Of a stretch of 64,000 nt of DNA, positions 61,496 to 64,000 are shown one piece after another. The DNA lies in the IMG/VR virus record IMGVR_UViG_3300025154_000052, positions 32,001 through 96,000 of that record. One strand, given 5' to 3'. The notes under the pieces are model-generated. The model did not search any database. It saw nothing but the letters and a program-made list of their open reading frames with translations, and was not told the origin of the DNA. How positions within the stretch are numbered: the stretch's first letter is position 1; every line of letters starts with the position of its first letter. A program made the position numbers and the translations under genes. The stretch is from a virus.

Positions 61496-61835
61496 CGCTT
61501 GGATGGTCTTGATAAGGCGCGAGTATTTTTTGAGGTCCTTCGCCCGCAAGATCGCCCAAGTGGACATAGTTTTTGAGTTCAACGGGGGCCCGATAGGTGT
61601 TTACTGCCCACATGTGGATAAGTCTGGCTTTTTCCGCGTCGGTCCGATATGGGTTCATCCGGACTATCGCGGCAAGGGCTATTGCAGCGCCTTTGTCGCA
61701 TCAGTGACGAAAGGTAAAAAGGCGCGCGCCCTGATCGAGGACACCAACGAGGCTTCTCAGCGGGCGTTCTCTGCCGCCGGATTCATACTCCAGGGAAGAG
61801 GGAATAGAATCAGTTCCTGGTGGGTGAAGCCGTGA
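61485..61835 (+). CDS. GNAT acetyltransferase
   Basis: IWVHPDYRGKGY and NEASQRAF..AGF. Confidence 0.85.
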   Translation: MIHDAWMVLIRREYFLRSFARKIAQVDIVFEFNGGPIGVYCPHVDKSGFFRVGPIWVHPDYRGKGYCSAFVASVTKGKKARALIEDTNEASQRAFSAAGFILQGRGNRISSWWVKP

Positions 61836-62698
61836 TCCACATCGGACTCGACACCGCCTCGAAATCTCGCGTGGTCGGGGAACTCTGCCAGCGCGAGGAT
61901 ATCAACCGCGTGGTTATCATCTCGACGATTGGCAGAGAGTTTCCCTGCGCTCACAGTCGCTACGAAGTGGTGACTTATGAACAAGTCATCCAATACGCTT
62001 ACTTCTATAGGCTTCTGCAGGAGATAGACAAACGGACGCTGGTTGTAGTCAACGAGTGCCTGCGGACGCAGAACCGGCACGACCTGACCTATAATTGCAT
62101 CCGCCACTTTTTGAACCAGGCCGGGCATGTACTGGTGTTCCAATACCTACCGCTGATCGACACCGCAGAGGACTTCAGTATCCTCTTCGACTTTGACACT
62201 CAGAGCCGGTGGAAGCGGTCGAAGTTCGCGGACCTGCCGCTCGAGGAAGCACGGCTGGAGGTGGCACCTCGACGGCTCGAGTTCAGCAACACCGACGTCC
62301 GCGTGTCGCCCTCGTTCCGTGCCCGCTACCTGGCCGAGAAGGAGCGGCTGTTCGCCAACCTGGGTGCCAGTGACCCCCACACGCTACCACGCAACCTGCA
62401 CCTGTTTACCGGCCGGCCCAAGTTGGGTGCTATGGATCCTTCGAGGCAGTACGTCTGTCGTAACGGGCGTTTCAACGAGCCCAGCCTGACCACCTATGAA
62501 AACGCCCAGCCCGGGCGGGAATACGCCATCTTCGAGTGGTGCCATCGATACATCGACTTCACCGACTTCCTTTGGACGACGGGCCAGGACCGATTTGATG
62601 TACTCAGCACGGACCTGCCGGTAGATCAGTGGTATCTGCAACGGTATACGGATTGGAGGGATAAGTTGGATGCCTGCTATTCAGCGATACAGCGATAA
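61832..62698 (+). CDS. Degenerate SF2-helicase-like protein
   Basis: LVVVNECLR resembles a decayed DExx box; no Walker A. Confidence 0.45.
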   Translation: MIHIGLDTASKSRVVGELCQREDINRVVIISTIGREFPCAHSRYEVVTYEQVIQYAYFYRLLQEIDKRTLVVVNECLRTQNRHDLTYNCIRHFLNQAGHVLVFQYLPLIDTAEDFSILFDFDTQSRWKRSKFADLPLEEARLEVAPRRLEFSNTDVRVSPSFRARYLAEKERLFANLGASDPHTLPRNLHLFTGRPKLGAMDPSRQYVCRNGRFNEPSLTTYENAQPGREYAIFEWCHRYIDFTDFLWTTGQDRFDVLSTDLPVDQWYLQRYTDWRDKLDACYSAIQR

Positions 62699-63797
62699 GA
62701 CGGTTTTGGAAGCTGCCAGGGAGCGCATCGCCTTTCTCTTCGATCACTACGAGACAATCCACGTTTCTATCAGTGGAGGGAAGGACTCGACGGTGCTTGC
62801 TCATCTGGCGCTGCTCGAGGCATATCGACGCGGGCGCAAGGTGGGCCTGTTCCTACTCGACGAGGAGGCCATGTACCAGAGTTCTGTGGACCAGGTCGAA
62901 TACCTGATGAGCCTGTTCCCGGAGAACTGTAATCGCCTATGGCTTCAGGTGCCGTTCTACCTGACCAATGCCACCAGTTTGACAGAGAGCCAGTTACAGG
63001 CATGGGAGCCAGGCAAACACAAGATCTGGATGCGTTCCAAAGGGGAGGGGAATATTAAGGCTCCTCCATGGGCTGGGCCTCCTAAATTCCGAACAGGTTA
63101 TTCCTGGCTGGATTTCTACGGCGTGATCGACAACTTCGAAGCCTGCTATGAGAACACAGTTTTTCTGGTCGGCCTACGAGCTGCTGGCGAGTCCCCCAAC
63201 CGGTGGCGCGCCGTCACCAAGAACCCGGTCACGGTGGCAGGTCAGGATGTCTACTGGGGCACTCAGAAGGGGCGAAATATCGCCTTCTACCCCATCTACG
63301 ACTGGAACTTCAGCGACGTGTGGAAGTACATTGCGATCAACGGATTGCGTTACTCCCGCGTCTATGACTGGCAGTTCAAGAAGGGATTCGGCATTTCAGA
63401 GATGCGCGTTTCGAGCCTCATTCACGAGCGCTCCTTCAAAAGTCTTGTAGAACTCCCGGAGTTTGAGCCGAAGACCTACGACCGGCTGTGCAAACGCATC
63501 AAGGGCATCCAGTTCGCTCAGGAGACCGGCAAGAACGCCAAGATGATGAAGTGTCGGAAGTTGCCGAAGAACTTCACATCCTGGCGCGTTTACCGGAACT
63601 TCCTGCTTGAAACCTACCCGGTAGCCGACCACAAGCCGACCTTCGAGCGGCGTTTTGCCCGACAACTAGATAACGAGTACGTGGCCAGGCAGCAGTGCCG
63701 ACAACTGGTACTCAACGACTACGAAAACAACCTTCATGTGGACAACAAGCCAGACCCACGTGAAGAGTTGATCGAATACTATCGGAGGGTGCTGTGA
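62670..63797 (+). CDS. IbrA/YbdN-like PAPS-reductase-family (PP-loop) protein
   Basis: HVSISGGKDS, LDEEAMY, VGLRAAGES.NR, YPIYDW...DVWKYI, MRVSSLIH. Confidence 0.88.
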   Translation: MPAIQRYSDKTVLEAARERIAFLFDHYETIHVSISGGKDSTVLAHLALLEAYRRGRKVGLFLLDEEAMYQSSVDQVEYLMSLFPENCNRLWLQVPFYLTNATSLTESQLQAWEPGKHKIWMRSKGEGNIKAPPWAGPPKFRTGYSWLDFYGVIDNFEACYENTVFLVGLRAAGESPNRWRAVTKNPVTVAGQDVYWGTQKGRNIAFYPIYDWNFSDVWKYIAINGLRYSRVYDWQFKKGFGISEMRVSSLIHERSFKSLVELPEFEPKTYDRLCKRIKGIQFAQETGKNAKMMKCRKLPKNFTSWRVYRNFLLETYPVADHKPTFERRFARQLDNEYVARQQCRQLVLNDYENNLHVDNKPDPREELIEYYRRVL

Positions 63798-64000
63798 AGA
63801 TTCTCTTCCCGTGTCTCAATACCTTCATGGTGCCACGTGTCCGCGTCGTGGCTAACAACTGGAATCCCAACCACGTGAGTTCGGACAAGATGCGGCTACT
63901 CATGCAGTCCATCATCGATAATGGTTGGTGTTTCCCTATTGTGACGGTTCATGATTCGGACGAAGACGTTTATCGTGTGGTCGATGGCTTCCACCGTTGG
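63794..64000 (+). CDS. IbrB/YbdM-like ParB/Srx-domain protein (partial, runs off the window)
   Basis: ANNWNPNHV..M.LL..SI..NGW.FPIV...VVDGFHR. Confidence 0.88.
   Translation, partial: MKILFPCLNTFMVPRVRVVANNWNPNHVSSDKMRLLMQSIIDNGWCFPIVTVHDSDEDVYRVVDGFHRW

Noticed and set aside
62670-63797. Type IV-B CRISPR (CysH-associated) link between the PAPS-reductase genes and the arrays
   Set aside because: The genes are more than 30 kb from the arrays, no csf-like genes were seen, and they are better explained as DndC and IbrA.
1-64000. tRNA/rRNA genes, integrase or att sites, transposases
   Set aside because: No T-loop/cloverleaf, rRNA, recombinase or DDE signatures were recognised by eye; a tRNAscan-type search would be needed to exclude tRNAs formally.

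Overview
A ~64 kb, gene-dense, GC-rich segment of a large dsDNA phage (or prophage/phage-plasmid) genome, covering the replication, recombination, nucleotide-metabolism and DNA-modification/early regions. No integrase, capsid, tail, large terminase or DNA polymerase III gene is recognisable. There are four transcription blocks: minus 1-12 kb, plus 12-28 kb, minus 28-43.5 kb and plus 45.7-64 kb. The host-like DnaB, DnaG, DnaN, Ung and PP2C suggest a deltaproteobacterial/Myxococcota-like host (inference only). Highlights: (1) two adjacent cas-less mini CRISPR arrays with different but related repeats, each with its own homologous leader containing a covarying palindrome; (2) a lambda-like initiator gene with an internal iteron origin, plus loader, DnaB, primase and beta clamp; (3) a solo, intact DndC next to a radical SAM gene, with a clamp-binding-like N-terminus; (4) an SNF2/GNAT/MTase/GNAT/dead-helicase/IbrA/IbrB cassette that may be an uncharacterised DNA-modification system; (5) many other modification and counter-defence genes (C5, N6 and N4/N6 MTases, two Mom-like genes, Lar-like, PP2C phosphatase); (6) a ~99-nt candidate sRNA with its own promoter and terminator, and a 2.2 kb non-coding control region. 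All annotations are from motif recognition by eye; no database searches were run. Several start codons were re-chosen from RBS and overlap context.
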